Shown one piece after another: positions 49,971 through 60,082 of a stretch of 64,000 nt of DNA. Position 1 is the stretch's first letter, and each line of letters opens with the position of its first letter. The translations under genes and the position numbers were made by a program. The stretch is taken from NCBI GenBank assembly GCA_963664395.2, contig OY761159.2, positions 1,888,001 through 1,952,000 on the forward strand, read 5' to 3'. The notes beneath the pieces are model-generated. The model made no database searches. It was not told where the DNA came from and saw only the letters and a program-made list of their open reading frames with translations. Source of the DNA: Candidatus Binatia bacterium. GTDB taxonomy: Bacteria > Desulfobacterota > Binatia > Bin18.

Positions 49971-50303
49971 GTGGAATTCATGATTATCAGCGTGATCGGC
50001 GTCCTCTTTGGCTGTGGGACGTATTTGATCTTGCAGCGGCATTTATTGCGGGTGGTCGTTGGCTTGTCGTTGTACTCACACGGGGCCAATCTCGCACTCA
50101 TGGTCTCAGGAGGTCTGAAGCGGGGCAATCCGCCGCTGCTCACGACCGAGGCACCCTACGTTGATCCGCTCCCCCAGGCATTAGTCCTGACCGCGATTGT
50201 CATCGGTTTTGGCATGACGGCGTTTGCCACGGTCTTAGCCTTTCGAGTCAAACAAGTGTATGGGTCGGATGCAGTTGATGAATTGGCTGGGGGAGAAGAG
50301 TAG
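49971..50303 (+). CDS. mrpC: Na+/H+ antiporter subunit C
   Basis: DPLPQALVLTAIVIGF. Confidence 0.95.
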   Translation: MEFMIISVIGVLFGCGTYLILQRHLLRVVVGLSLYSHGANLALMVSGGLKRGNPPLLTTEAPYVDPLPQALVLTAIVIGFGMTAFATVLAFRVKQVYGSDAVDELAGGEE

Positions 50304-50305
50304 CC

Positions 50306-51808
50306 ATGCCTCCAGACTTTTTCGTCCTCTTTATTATCGGCCCGGTTGTCACGGCGGCCTTGTTAGCCGCCTTTCATAAACGAGACATGTTTCAGCGTGT
50401 GGTGAGCCTCAGCGTCAGTCTGGGGCTGTGGGGGCTGTCGGTCGTGGGTCTGCTCTCTCTCCTGCAAAATGGCCAGCAGGGGATTGTCGTGCTGCGGATG
50501 GGCAATTGGGCAGCGCCCTACGGCATTATCCTGGTTGCCGACGTGCTGAGTATGACCATGGTCGTCCTGACCATGACGGTTGCGGTTGCCGTGGTGGCCT
50601 TCTCGCTGCGCACGGTTGAGCAAGCGCATCAGGAGTATTTTTATTACCCGCTCTTCTTTATTCTCATCATGGGCGTGAACGGCGCCTTTCTCACTGGAGA
50701 CTTATTCAACCTGTTTGTCTTTTTCGAGGTTCTGCTGATCGCGTCGTTTGCGCTCATGGCCCTGGGCTCACAACCCGGCCAACTGCGAGAGACGGTCAAA
50801 TACGTAGTCATCAACCTGATCGCCTCGACCTTTTTTCTGATCAGCCTGGCCGTGCTGTATCGGACGATGGGCACGCTCAATATGGCGGACCTGGCCTATA
50901 AGATTCAGATGACGTCCGGGGAGTTGGACCCAACGCTGACCATTCTGTCCCTGATCTTCTTGTTTGTGTTTGGCACCAAGGCGGCAATCTTTCCACTCTA
51001 TTTTTGGCTGCCCGGACCGTATTTCCAGCCCTCAGCCGGACTGAGTGCGTTTTTTGGTGGGATTCTGACCAAGGTGGGCGTGTATGCCATCTTCCGCACC
51101 TTTACGCTGATCTTCCGGCATGACCCGTCTACTACCCATGAACTCCTGCTTATTCTGGCGGCCCTGACTATATTACTGGGCGTCTTTGGCGCACTGTCCC
51201 AGATGGATATGAAGCGCATTTTGTCCTACCACATCATCAGTCAGATCGGCTATCTCATTCTGGGCATAGGCTTGTTTACGCCGCAGGCCTTGGCCGGTGC
51301 CCTGTTTTATATGGTGCCGTACGTACTGGCGAAGTCTGCCCTCTTCTTGATTGCCGGCGTCGTGCAGGAAGCAACCGGCTCGACCCACCTCAAAGCGGTG
51401 GGGGGTCTGCAATCCCACTCAACACCCTTGAGTGTTCTCTTTTTACTGGCGGCCTTGAGCCTTGCCGGTATTCCTCCGTTAGCCGGGTTTTTCAGTAAGT
51501 TTATCGTGTTGCAGGCAGGTATGGAGAGTGGTCGCTACGGCTATGTGGGAATCGGGCTCTTGGGCGGCCTGCTGACGCTGGCCTCCATGCTCAAAATCTG
51601 GAATGGTATCTTCTGGGGCGAAGAAACAGGCGACCGCCGGCCAGTGTCGCTCCAACCACTCTTCCCCGGTGTTGTCCTGCTCGTCTTTTTTATTGTTGGG
51701 ATCGGGTTATTTCCGGGCGTACTGTATAGTGTGGCTCAGGTAGCCGCCGCACAAGTCTACGATCCTCGGGTGTATATCACTGCGGTCTTGGGACCGGATG
51801 TCTTTTAA
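50306..51808 (+). CDS. mrpD: Na+/H+ antiporter subunit D
   Basis: GAFLTGDLFNLFVFFE, LTKVG.YA, GIPPLAGF.SK. Confidence 0.95.
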   Translation: MPPDFFVLFIIGPVVTAALLAAFHKRDMFQRVVSLSVSLGLWGLSVVGLLSLLQNGQQGIVVLRMGNWAAPYGIILVADVLSMTMVVLTMTVAVAVVAFSLRTVEQAHQEYFYYPLFFILIMGVNGAFLTGDLFNLFVFFEVLLIASFALMALGSQPGQLRETVKYVVINLIASTFFLISLAVLYRTMGTLNMADLAYKIQMTSGELDPTLTILSLIFLFVFGTKAAIFPLYFWLPGPYFQPSAGLSAFFGGILTKVGVYAIFRTFTLIFRHDPSTTHELLLILAALTILLGVFGALSQMDMKRILSYHIISQIGYLILGIGLFTPQALAGALFYMVPYVLAKSALFLIAGVVQEATGSTHLKAVGGLQSHSTPLSVLFLLAALSLAGIPPLAGFFSKFIVLQAGMESGRYGYVGIGLLGGLLTLASMLKIWNGIFWGEETGDRRPVSLQPLFPGVVLLVFFIVGIGLFPGVLYSVAQVAAAQVYDPRVYITAVLGPDVF

Positions 51809-51835
51809 TGCGTAGTTGATTGAGAGCCCTCATTT

Positions 51836-52315
51836 ATGGTGACTCGTCTTTTTTTCAATATCAGCCTGGCTTTCGCCTGGTGCTTGCTGCAAGACGAGAT
51901 ATCCGTGCGGCAGTTCGTGATCGGCTTTCTGGTCGGCCTCCTGGTCATGCTGTCCTTCCCACGCTCCTTTCACCAAGAGCGTCGCTATTTCCGCAAGGTC
52001 ACGCTCAGCCTGCAACTCGTCGTCTTCTTTGTGAAGGAACTCCTGATTGCCAATTGGATAGTGGTCAGACAGGTTCTGGCTCTTGAACTCAAAATACAGT
52101 CTGGCATTGTTGCCTACCCGCTGTCCTTGCAGAACGATGTGCTGATTACCTTGCTGGCGAATATGATCACCCTGACGCCGGGAACGCTGTCGGTTGAGGT
52201 GAGTCCGGATCGGCAGTTTTTATTTATTCACTTTCTCGATGTCGATGATGTGGAGGAAGAAATCCGTATCATTAAAGACGGATTTGAACGCTATCTCTTG
52301 CTCATTGCCCAATGA
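51836..52315 (+). CDS. mrpE: Na+/H+ antiporter subunit E
   Basis: LANMITLTPGTL. Confidence 0.95.
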   Translation: MVTRLFFNISLAFAWCLLQDEISVRQFVIGFLVGLLVMLSFPRSFHQERRYFRKVTLSLQLVVFFVKELLIANWIVVRQVLALELKIQSGIVAYPLSLQNDVLITLLANMITLTPGTLSVEVSPDRQFLFIHFLDVDDVEEEIRIIKDGFERYLLLIAQ

Positions 52316-52614
52316 TTACGCCATTTGTTTCCGTTGTCGTGTTAGTCGGAATCACGCTCTCGATCTTACTCAGTGCGTATCGCGTGCTGCATGGACCCAC
52401 GGTTCCCGACCGGGTTGTGGCCCTCGATAATATTTCGATCAATCTGGTTGCCGCTATTATTGTTATTTCGATCCGGGCTCAGAGTGCGATGTATATCGAC
52501 GTTGCCCTGGTGCTCGCCATTCTCTCATTTTTAGGAACAGTCGCAGCAGCCAAATATCTGCTGAGAGGAACGGTTATTGATGGAAGTCCCTTACACACTC
52601 GACGTCCTCGTTAG
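52312..52614 (+). CDS. mrpF: Na+/H+ antiporter subunit F
   Basis: GPTVPDRVVALD. Confidence 0.95.
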   Translation: MITPFVSVVVLVGITLSILLSAYRVLHGPTVPDRVVALDNISINLVAAIIVISIRAQSAMYIDVALVLAILSFLGTVAAAKYLLRGTVIDGSPLHTRRPR

Positions 52615-52936
52615 TGCCCTCTTACTCATCGGCTTGTTTTTTCTCCTGACCGGGACCTTTGGCTTGTTACGGCTGAAGGATGTCTACACGCGTATGCACG
52701 CAACGAGTAAGAGCACAACGTTTGGTGTGGTCGGGGTAGTCCTGGCTTCGCTGCTCTACTTTCGATATTTGGGGCTGTCCTCGGGCCTGAAAGAGTTCCT
52801 TATTGTCATCTTTCTCTTTCTCACCGCCCCGGTTGGGGCGCATATGATCGCCCGGGCCGCCTACCGTACAGGCGTTTCATTATGGCAGGGCGGCGCGGTT
52901 GATGATTTTAAGAAATGGCAGGATGAAAATCAGTAG
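52580..52936 (+). CDS. mrpG: Na+/H+ antiporter subunit G
   Basis: DVYTRMHATSK, TAPVGAH. Confidence 0.95.
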   Translation: MEVPYTLDVLVSALLLIGLFFLLTGTFGLLRLKDVYTRMHATSKSTTFGVVGVVLASLLYFRYLGLSSGLKEFLIVIFLFLTAPVGAHMIARAAYRTGVSLWQGGAVDDFKKWQDENQ

Positions 52937-52946
52937 CGCAGTACGT

Positions 52947-53969
52947 TTAGTGTAGTCCTGGCATCACCTCTCTGGCAAAGAGTTCCATCGAGCGCTGACT
53001 CTTCGCCGGGTCAAGGCCGGGGAGGTGCATGCCTAGAACGAGGTGCGTTGTGCGCACGTCTTTTGTAAACCGCTCAATCTCACGCCCGATTTCTTCCGGG
53101 GTACCGATCATCGGGCTGGCGAGTAAGCGCTCGGGATGCTTCCGCAATTCGGCAGGAGACGGCAATTGGCTGAACTGCTCAGCGCCGGAAAAGTCCTTTG
53201 CCTCGGACAGCCAGCGGCCATACCAAGTCAGCATATAGTGTAGATGTTCCTGGACTTCATCCCAGGCCTGATCGTGGCTTGGGGCGGCATACGCCCAACG
53301 CAACTGCGCCGCATGGTAATCTTTGGGATCGCGCCCATGCTGGCGCAGCGCGGCATCATACGCTTCCTGGGCTGCTGAGGCCCCGCCGCCGAGAAAGTGA
53401 CAGCCCATGCGTGCGGCCCGCTCAATCGCCTTTGGCGCGTTGGCGCCGATCCACAACGGCGGATGGGGGCTCTGAGCCGGTTTGGGCTCAAGGCGAATAT
53501 CCTTCAACTGATAGTGTTTACCTTCATAGGAGAATGGGTCCTGAGTCCAGATTCCTCGGATGACCTCAACTCCTTCCTCCATGCGCGAGCCGCGCTCCTC
53601 ACGCGGGATGCCATAGCCAGCAAACTCGGCAGGGGCATACCCCTGCCCCAATCCCATGTCAAAGCGCCCGTTGGACAGGATATCCACAGTTGCCGCGTCT
53701 TCAGCAACCCGCACGGCATTGTGCAAGGGTAAGAGGAGAAGAAATGTCCCAATACGCACCCGGCTCGTCATAGCGGCAAGCGCCCCGGCAATCGGCAGCA
53801 ACGAAGGCGAGTAACCATCTTCGGCAAAGTGGTGTTCAGTCAGCCAAATCGTGTCATAGCCAAGTTCCTCGGCGACCTGAGCCTGCTGCAATTGCTCAGC
53901 ATAGAACTGTGTAAACGGCTTGCGCCATTGGGGGGGATTCCGAAAGGGAAAGAGTAAACCGATATCCAT
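52947..53969 (-). CDS. LLM-class flavin-dependent oxidoreductase
   Basis: WLTEHHF.EDGY.PS, RVAEDAATVDILSNGR. Confidence 0.92.
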   Translation of the reverse strand: MDIGLLFPFRNPPQWRKPFTQFYAEQLQQAQVAEELGYDTIWLTEHHFAEDGYSPSLLPIAGALAAMTSRVRIGTFLLLLPLHNAVRVAEDAATVDILSNGRFDMGLGQGYAPAEFAGYGIPREERGSRMEEGVEVIRGIWTQDPFSYEGKHYQLKDIRLEPKPAQSPHPPLWIGANAPKAIERAARMGCHFLGGGASAAQEAYDAALRQHGRDPKDYHAAQLRWAYAAPSHDQAWDEVQEHLHYMLTWYGRWLSEAKDFSGAEQFSQLPSPAELRKHPERLLASPMIGTPEEIGREIERFTKDVRTTHLVLGMHLPGLDPAKSQRSMELFAREVMPGLH

Positions 53970-54033
53970 AAAGCTCTCCTTTTGCCTTTTGCTCACTTGA
54001 GCCAGCTTCGTTCAAATCAAATGTGGTGAAGGG

Positions 54034-55227
54034 CTAGAGCAGTCCTGCTGCTCGCATGGTAGCGATGGCCGCTTCGTCATAGCCGAGTTCCGTCAATACC
54101 TCAGTACTATGCTCGCCGAGAAGGGGCGCAGGTCGAAGCGGGACATCCGAAGCCGACAGTTTTATGGGATTGCCGGCCATGGTGTAGGTGCCACGGGTCG
54201 GATGATCGAGTTCGAGTATCATGTCCCGTTCGCGCAAATGCGGATCGTTCATGACTTCGCCCGTGTCCTGACACGCCCCGCACGGCACCCCAGACTCGGC
54301 TAAAATCTGCATGACTTCATGTTTCGGTTTTTTCGATGTCCATTCTTCGATAAAGGCGTTCACTTCATCGGCACGCTCAACCCGTGCCTCGGGTGTGTGG
54401 TAGCGTGGGTCGCCAATCAGGTCTTCCCGTTCTATGGCTCGCAGCAAGGGTTCCCACATCTGCTGCTGGGCAATAATGAAAACATAGTCGTTGGACCCTC
54501 CGGGATGGCAACGATACGTTGTGGCAGGGACAAAGGCGCCGAGTTGATTGCCGGTGCGTTCAACCGGCTTTCCATAACGCTGGTGATCCCGCAAGCTGAC
54601 CCGAACCAGATTCACCACCGCATCCTGCATGGACACTTCGACCTGTTGGCCTGCCCCTGTGGTGTGGCGCTGCATGAGGGCCGCCAGGATGCCGATGACG
54701 CAGTGCATGCCGGTGCCTGAGTCTCCCACACATGACCAGGTGACAGTTGGCGGATTGTCAGGAAAACCGGTCACGCTCATCGAGCCGCCCATCGCTTGAG
54801 CGACGGGTTCAAAACTCTTGAACGAGCTATACGGCCCATACGAACCAAAGCCTTTGATACTGGCATACACAATACGGGGATTGAGGTGTTTAAGGGTGTC
54901 ATAGCCAAACCCAAGCCGTTCCATGGTGCCGGGTCCGAAGTTCTCCAGCACGACATCCGCGGTTGCAACGAGTTTTTGAAAGGCTTGCTTGCCTTCCGGC
55001 TGTTTGAGATCAAGCGCGAGGCTGCGCTTGTTGGCGTTGAAAAAAAGGAAGAAGAGACTGTCCGTACCAGGCTGGTCGTTCAGACTCACACGGGCGATAT
55101 CACCCCGTCCGGGTGGCTCGACCTTGATCACGTCCGCCCCGAGCCAGGCTAAAATCTGGGCACACGACGGGCCGGCCTGGTTGTGGGTCAAATCAAGAAC
55201 CCGGATACCATCAAGCGCAGTGCTCAT
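54034..55227 (-). CDS. Formyl-CoA transferase-like family III CoA-transferase
   Basis: QAGP, ENFGPG, GDSGTGMH with catalytic Asp. Confidence 0.9.
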   Translation of the reverse strand: MSTALDGIRVLDLTHNQAGPSCAQILAWLGADVIKVEPPGRGDIARVSLNDQPGTDSLFFLFFNANKRSLALDLKQPEGKQAFQKLVATADVVLENFGPGTMERLGFGYDTLKHLNPRIVYASIKGFGSYGPYSSFKSFEPVAQAMGGSMSVTGFPDNPPTVTWSCVGDSGTGMHCVIGILAALMQRHTTGAGQQVEVSMQDAVVNLVRVSLRDHQRYGKPVERTGNQLGAFVPATTYRCHPGGSNDYVFIIAQQQMWEPLLRAIEREDLIGDPRYHTPEARVERADEVNAFIEEWTSKKPKHEVMQILAESGVPCGACQDTGEVMNDPHLRERDMILELDHPTRGTYTMAGNPIKLSASDVPLRPAPLLGEHSTEVLTELGYDEAAIATMRAAGLL

Positions 55228-55294
55228 TGTCTCATTCTCCCTTCCATAGTGTCACTCGCCTTTCCCCCGGTCTGGAGACCCGCTTGGGGCCGCG

Positions 55295-55933
55295 TCAGAA
55301 ATACCAGGCCAGCGTCAGCGACAGATTGACCTCGTCGTTATCGACCCGCACTGGAACAAAGACCCCTTCGTCCTTCAGGTTGAAAGAGACCCAGTCTTCG
55401 GCCAGATACCCGGTATAGCGCACCTCGCCCCTGAGGCCGAGCCGCGAGCCGAACATCTTTTCCAGCCCCGCGCCGCTCGTCCACGCGGTAAAATTCTCGT
55501 TATGGGTATTGGCGCCGGTCGTGAACTCGTCGGTCTGGCACCACTCGGACGTGAGACAGCCGTGAAAACGGACGCGGAGGCGCGTCGCCACACGTCGTAC
55601 TCCGGCCAGCAGCCCGAACCCATACCCAGTCGCGTCAGCGGAGTCACGGTCGCGGTTCACCTTCCCGCTCTGGGAGGTCATATTGAGCGGACTGGTATTG
55701 TCCACGGTCTTTTTATACGAGGTGTCCAGCCATTCTGGGGTGCCGGTGATACCCAGGTAGAAGCGCCCCTCGTCGGCGAGTGCCGCACCGACGACACTCG
55801 GGCTTGCAAGAATGACACCCGCTAGCAGCACCCAAGCCACAAGCGGTTTCCAGCACGAGCGCAAGCACGCGGGAGACAATCTCGGTCTGCTTCTGTCTTG
55901 CTCCACTCCGCTTGTAATGAGCGCACTGCTCAT
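55295..55933 (-). CDS. Outer-membrane beta-barrel protein, possibly internally deleted
   Basis: Signal peptide, FYLG, GAGLE...GLRGEVRY, C-terminal LAWYF. Confidence 0.65.
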   Translation of the reverse strand: MSSALITSGVEQDRSRPRLSPACLRSCWKPLVAWVLLAGVILASPSVVGAALADEGRFYLGITGTPEWLDTSYKKTVDNTSPLNMTSQSGKVNRDRDSADATGYGFGLLAGVRRVATRLRVRFHGCLTSEWCQTDEFTTGANTHNENFTAWTSGAGLEKMFGSRLGLRGEVRYTGYLAEDWVSFNLKDEGVFVPVRVDNDEVNLSLTLAWYF

Positions 55934-56117
55934 GGTCTCATGCTCCCCTTTTGGCTTTTTCTGGATATTCAAAACATTATTAGCAGTTTGACACCTCATT
56001 CCGCGTGGTGCAAATCAGGCTGGAGAAGCGGGACCCGCAGTCAGAGTTGGAGAAAGCAAAGAAGACCTTGCATTGATGGGCGTCTCGGCAGTAGGTGCCG
56101 CGGAGCATCAGCTAGAA

Positions 56118-56149
56118 ATGTCGGATTAGCTGGAGGCGTAAGCCGACAT
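56118..56149. repeat. Family B REP-like palindrome
   Basis: ATGTCGGATTA...TAAGCCGACAT. Confidence 0.65.
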
Positions 56150-56161
56150 CCCCGAGACTGA

Positions 56162-56662
56162 CTAACGCAGATGCTCGGCGTAACTAGCCAAACGACGGCG
56201 GATTTCGAACTTTGGAAGCCGGCAGCGCGGATGCTTCGCAATAGCGGTCAAGCCGTCGTACAGGTCCCGGATGCCCACCACATCAGCGTCGCGCATCTCA
56301 TCGAGGAGCCACAGCACGCCGTGACACTCGACCGTCTCATCAGCCGCGAGCTGACGAAGCGCTCCGTCACCGCTCAGCAGAATCCAGGACCGGGTTTGCG
56401 CGAGCACAAGGGCGAAGCAATCAGGAAGGGAAAGCGCAGGCTCTCGCCGCCGATAGGCGAGAGCGCTTCGTACACCGTCGCCGTCCAACTCCTCAACAGC
56501 AAGGCCAAGTCGTATCAACTCTTCGCCACCCCAGTTTTTCAATTCGCGTTCGTAGAGCAGATCGGGGACGACGAACCGGAACGGCAGACGGAAGCTGGCC
56601 TCCAGCAGGGACCCGCGTTCCAGATCAACCAGAACGGAGGTATCGGAGACCAGCACGTGCAT
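56162..56662 (-). CDS. PIN-domain protein
   Basis: VSDTSVLVDL, LS.PD, LSGDGALR acidic active-site pattern. Confidence 0.8.
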   Translation of the reverse strand: MHVLVSDTSVLVDLERGSLLEASFRLPFRFVVPDLLYERELKNWGGEELIRLGLAVEELDGDGVRSALAYRRREPALSLPDCFALVLAQTRSWILLSGDGALRQLAADETVECHGVLWLLDEMRDADVVGIRDLYDGLTAIAKHPRCRLPKFEIRRRLASYAEHLR

Positions 56663-56667
56663 AAGAC

Positions 56668-57753
56668 TCAGTGTCCAGCCACCTCGTGTGCAACAGTCGG
56701 CGGCTCCTCCATTCGCCGGTTCAGTTCATGCACCGACGTTTCAAGCACCTCCGCGGCCTTGGCCTCGGAAATCGCCCCTTCGGCAAGTGCCCGGAACGTG
56801 AGGCGCTCGAAACGTTTCGGCTCCTCACCTGTCCTTGCGTACGGCTCTTGGTAGGGCGGAGTGCGCCACCCGAGGCGGGTGAAGTCATTGAACAATCGCC
56901 GGAACAAAGTATCGCTGAAAATACCAAGGTCCTTGCAGCGATACGTAATCGCCTGAACACTCGTGCCAAAGAGTTGCTTCAACTCGAACAGCTCACCCCA
57001 CCCGATTGACGTGCGGTGCTTCCCAATCTCTTCCCATAGAGCGTCGGCCGGCATCAGGAAGGCCCCGGCAAAGCGGTGCGCGGCCTTCTCCTCGTCCACT
57101 CTGGCCGCCACCTCCATGACCAAGTGCCCAAGCTCATGAGCCAGGGTGAAGCGCTGGCGCTCCCCCCAGTCCTTGCGGTTCACGACAATGACGGGCACCG
57201 CGTCTTTACCGGTACGGCGGACACGCGCCGTCAGGCCATCGATATACGTGAGATCGAACAGCAAGGTCTTGATCCCCTGGTCTTCCAGGAGTTCGACAAC
57301 ATTCGGAATCGGATCGACACCAAGGCTCCAGTGGTCCCGCAGGCTTCGGGCTGCACGGTCGGCCTCGGCAACATCACTGATGACGGGGTACGGAGCCTCG
57401 CGCGGACTGTGCCATTCCACACTATGAAGGTTCAGCAATTCTTCCACCAAAAGGTAACGCTCCAGAAGATGCAGGACCTGGGCTTCGACTTGGGATTCCT
57501 CTCGTTTGCTCGTAATCTTTTTCTTCCTGAACTCCACCGCTTCGAAGACCATGTCCTGGTCCCCAACCAGATAGTCCACCGAGACGCCAAGCGCGTCGGC
57601 AAGCGCAATAAGAACACCAGAGCTAGGCATGGACTCGTTGCGCTCATACTTCCCGATTGCCTGTGCCGTGACGCGGTTTCCAATTTTCACCGATAAATCT
57701 CGGAGAGACAGGCCAGCGGCAGAGCGAGACAGCTTTAGTCTTTGTCCTATCAT
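56668..57753 (-). CDS. XRE-HTH / ImmA-IrrE Zn-metallopeptidase fusion
   Basis: N-terminal HTH, RFTLAHELGH, EKAAHRFAGAFLMP. Confidence 0.92.
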   Translation of the reverse strand: MIGQRLKLSRSAAGLSLRDLSVKIGNRVTAQAIGKYERNESMPSSGVLIALADALGVSVDYLVGDQDMVFEAVEFRKKKITSKREESQVEAQVLHLLERYLLVEELLNLHSVEWHSPREAPYPVISDVAEADRAARSLRDHWSLGVDPIPNVVELLEDQGIKTLLFDLTYIDGLTARVRRTGKDAVPVIVVNRKDWGERQRFTLAHELGHLVMEVAARVDEEKAAHRFAGAFLMPADALWEEIGKHRTSIGWGELFELKQLFGTSVQAITYRCKDLGIFSDTLFRRLFNDFTRLGWRTPPYQEPYARTGEEPKRFERLTFRALAEGAISEAKAAEVLETSVHELNRRMEEPPTVAHEVAGH

Positions 57754-57822
57754 ATCTTATTCCTCTCTATTGAGAGTTTACAAAAACAGAGAAAAAAATC
57801 AAATATGTAAATCACCGACCTG

Positions 57823-57895
57823 CCCCCCTCCCCTGGAGGGAGAGCCTGTCCTGAGCAGAGCGGAGCGAAGTCGAAGGGGGCTAAGGTGAGGGGGT
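57823..57895. repeat. Composite family A palindrome
   Basis: CCCCTCCCCTGGAGGGAGAG...CCTGTCCTGAGC...GTCGAAGG...GGTGAGGGG. Confidence 0.65.
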
Positions 57896-58019
57896 CCCTG
57901 GCTTGCATCCCATCTGCTCGCAATCGGCCAAGTGAAAATGGCCCGGATAAAACCAAGCTGCTTCTAGGGAAATTTTGTGGGGTTTATGGGGTTGGGTTAC
58001 CGGAGGTGTGAGCGTCTAG

Positions 58020-59300
58020 TTAATCAATGGGGGATTGCGAATGGCGAGTCTCATAAATTTTTACTACTCTTCTCAATTCATCAGTAAAATTTGAATTGCG
58101 GCCAGCAAAATATGCAGAAGGAGAGTTCTTGTAGAAATCGAGTTCATTCTTGCATAAATCGTATGCGTCTTTCTCCTTATTCAATTTCAGTAGAGAATGC
58201 GCGTAGACTACAGCGAATCCGGGACGCTGTCGATCATGGCTAGCTATATCAAAACCCTTGTGGGCATAATCACAAGCACGTTGTGTTTCCTCCTTATTTG
58301 CATCCTTAAGACAGTAGATCGTCCAAGCAGCATTCATGTAATAGTGCGCTCCTGCTTGGTAGGCGTAAGGAGTACCATCGTATTTGTCTTTAACCATCTC
58401 CTCTCTATGAGAATGCCAGTATTGGAGAGCTTTCTCATAATAAGGAAGTGCAATCCTCGGTTGACTATGTAATAAACAAACATCCTTAGCTAGGTTATAG
58501 TACTCAGCATCGGTAAAACCGTCGGTAGACACACCCTCGCCGTTCGCCACAGCCTCGCCAAGAGTATACCAATCATCCATGAGCGCTTTCTCTGATATGG
58601 AGAAAAAACAGCGCAACTCATCGAGTATTCGCTTCTTGCTGCCGGCCTCAATTATGACTGATTTGCAACCAGCTTTCTCAATCCTATCAATCCCCAGGAC
58701 AAAGGACGATCCTTGCTTATCGATCCGAGAAACATAGCTTTTGTGAGGGCCTCTGGTATTGCCTCTGGGACTGTACTGAAAACTTGTAGGAAATAGGCAC
58801 GATCTATCGAGAGTATACAAATCTGAATGGTTGCCCAGAATATAATCATCGATATGCGGGAGCCCTGCCTCGTCTAAACTATCAACTGAAACAGCAAAGA
58901 CTTTTCCGTCCTCTTTCCAGTGCTCCTTTTCTCGACAAGCGAACCATAAGGCAATAAGCGGCCTTATGGTAAAGTCGATAAATATAGTCTTTTTCCCAGT
59001 CTCACATCCATAATGCTGTACAATTGCTACTTTATCCCAATCTGTAAGAAGACTAGGACTCTCTCTGGAAAGGTCTCTTACGTATCCAGGTAGAGAATCA
59101 AAGGAATGAAAATCGCGTATCAGGTCTGAATGGTAGGAAAGGCAGTCCGAATCTGTTTGGCCTTTAAATGCGCGAGCCCATGAAGAGTATACCGGCCATG
59201 CACTGTTAGACTGTCCTCTAAACCTGTAGGCGTGCTCATGAGGGCGTAAAGATTCACACAGCTGTAGAAAATCATCCACTGTTTTTATTACTGGTTCCAT
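58020..59300 (-). CDS. FRG-domain protein with helical (TPR-like) C-terminus
   Basis: [28 protein letters not shown]; AT-rich. Confidence 0.82.
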   Translation of the reverse strand: MEPVIKTVDDFLQLCESLRPHEHAYRFRGQSNSAWPVYSSWARAFKGQTDSDCLSYHSDLIRDFHSFDSLPGYVRDLSRESPSLLTDWDKVAIVQHYGCETGKKTIFIDFTIRPLIALWFACREKEHWKEDGKVFAVSVDSLDEAGLPHIDDYILGNHSDLYTLDRSCLFPTSFQYSPRGNTRGPHKSYVSRIDKQGSSFVLGIDRIEKAGCKSVIIEAGSKKRILDELRCFFSISEKALMDDWYTLGEAVANGEGVSTDGFTDAEYYNLAKDVCLLHSQPRIALPYYEKALQYWHSHREEMVKDKYDGTPYAYQAGAHYYMNAAWTIYCLKDANKEETQRACDYAHKGFDIASHDRQRPGFAVVYAHSLLKLNKEKDAYDLCKNELDFYKNSPSAYFAGRNSNFTDELRRVVKIYETRHSQSPID

Positions 59301-59445
59301 CCAACGCCTCCCACAACACCGCCTCCACCAACCGCCCCTGCGTCTCATCACCCCTGGCAAGGATCGCTTCCAACCGGTCACACACCGCCATCAGTTCATC
59401 GACCTTGGCGACAATGCGGTGCTGTTCGGCGAGAGACGGGATATG
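59272..59445 (-). pseudogene. hsdS: C-terminal remnant of Type I restriction specificity subunit HsdS
   Basis: [24 protein letters not shown] conserved helix. Confidence 0.8.
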
Positions 59446-59531
59446 AGGTCCACCTCGTTCTTGGGTGGGCCGCCCCCCGTGTATCCTCTTTCTCAGAACG
59501 ATACGTATAGCGGCACCCAACTCCCCAGCGT

Positions 59532-59882
59532 TTATGCCAACGGAATAAACAACGACTTTCTGGGCTGGCCGTTGACCGCTCGGCTGATATGTCCCTGGCC
59601 GGTGGTATCGTCTGCCAAAAGAATTTCTCCCGTGCCGAGGACGCGCTTCGTGCCGTCGCCAATCTCGATCTCGACCGCACCCTCAAGCATGACCACATAC
59701 TGACGCCGTGGCGCGTTGTGAAAATCGAGGTCATAGTCGCCGCCCGTTTCTCGAAAGATGACGCCGGTTGCCGGAATGAGATCGGAGAGTTGCCCGATCC
59801 GTCCGCCGTCTTTGAGCGGAATATCGACATCCTCAAAATGCGATTGGTTATCTGCCCCAGTATATACGCATGTTACTTTCAT
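59532..59882 (-). CDS. Cupin-like protein
   Basis: [26 protein letters not shown]. Confidence 0.82.
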   Translation of the reverse strand: MKVTCVYTGADNQSHFEDVDIPLKDGGRIGQLSDLIPATGVIFRETGGDYDLDFHNAPRRQYVVMLEGAVEIEIGDGTKRVLGTGEILLADDTTGQGHISRAVNGQPRKSLFIPLA

Positions 59883-60082
59883 GCTGGCTCTCCTTTCCAA
59901 AAACGCTCTGAACTGTATGACACAGGCCCATTGAGTGTCAAATGAGACAGGCGTGAAGGGAATAGTGAAGGGTGCGCAGTGAGGGGCAAGGCGAGTGCAA
60001 ATTTCGTTCGGCTTACCTGGACAGCGCTATAGCCCATGACTTATAGTTGTGCAGCTGAAGTCAGAACATAGAGGAGAATACT

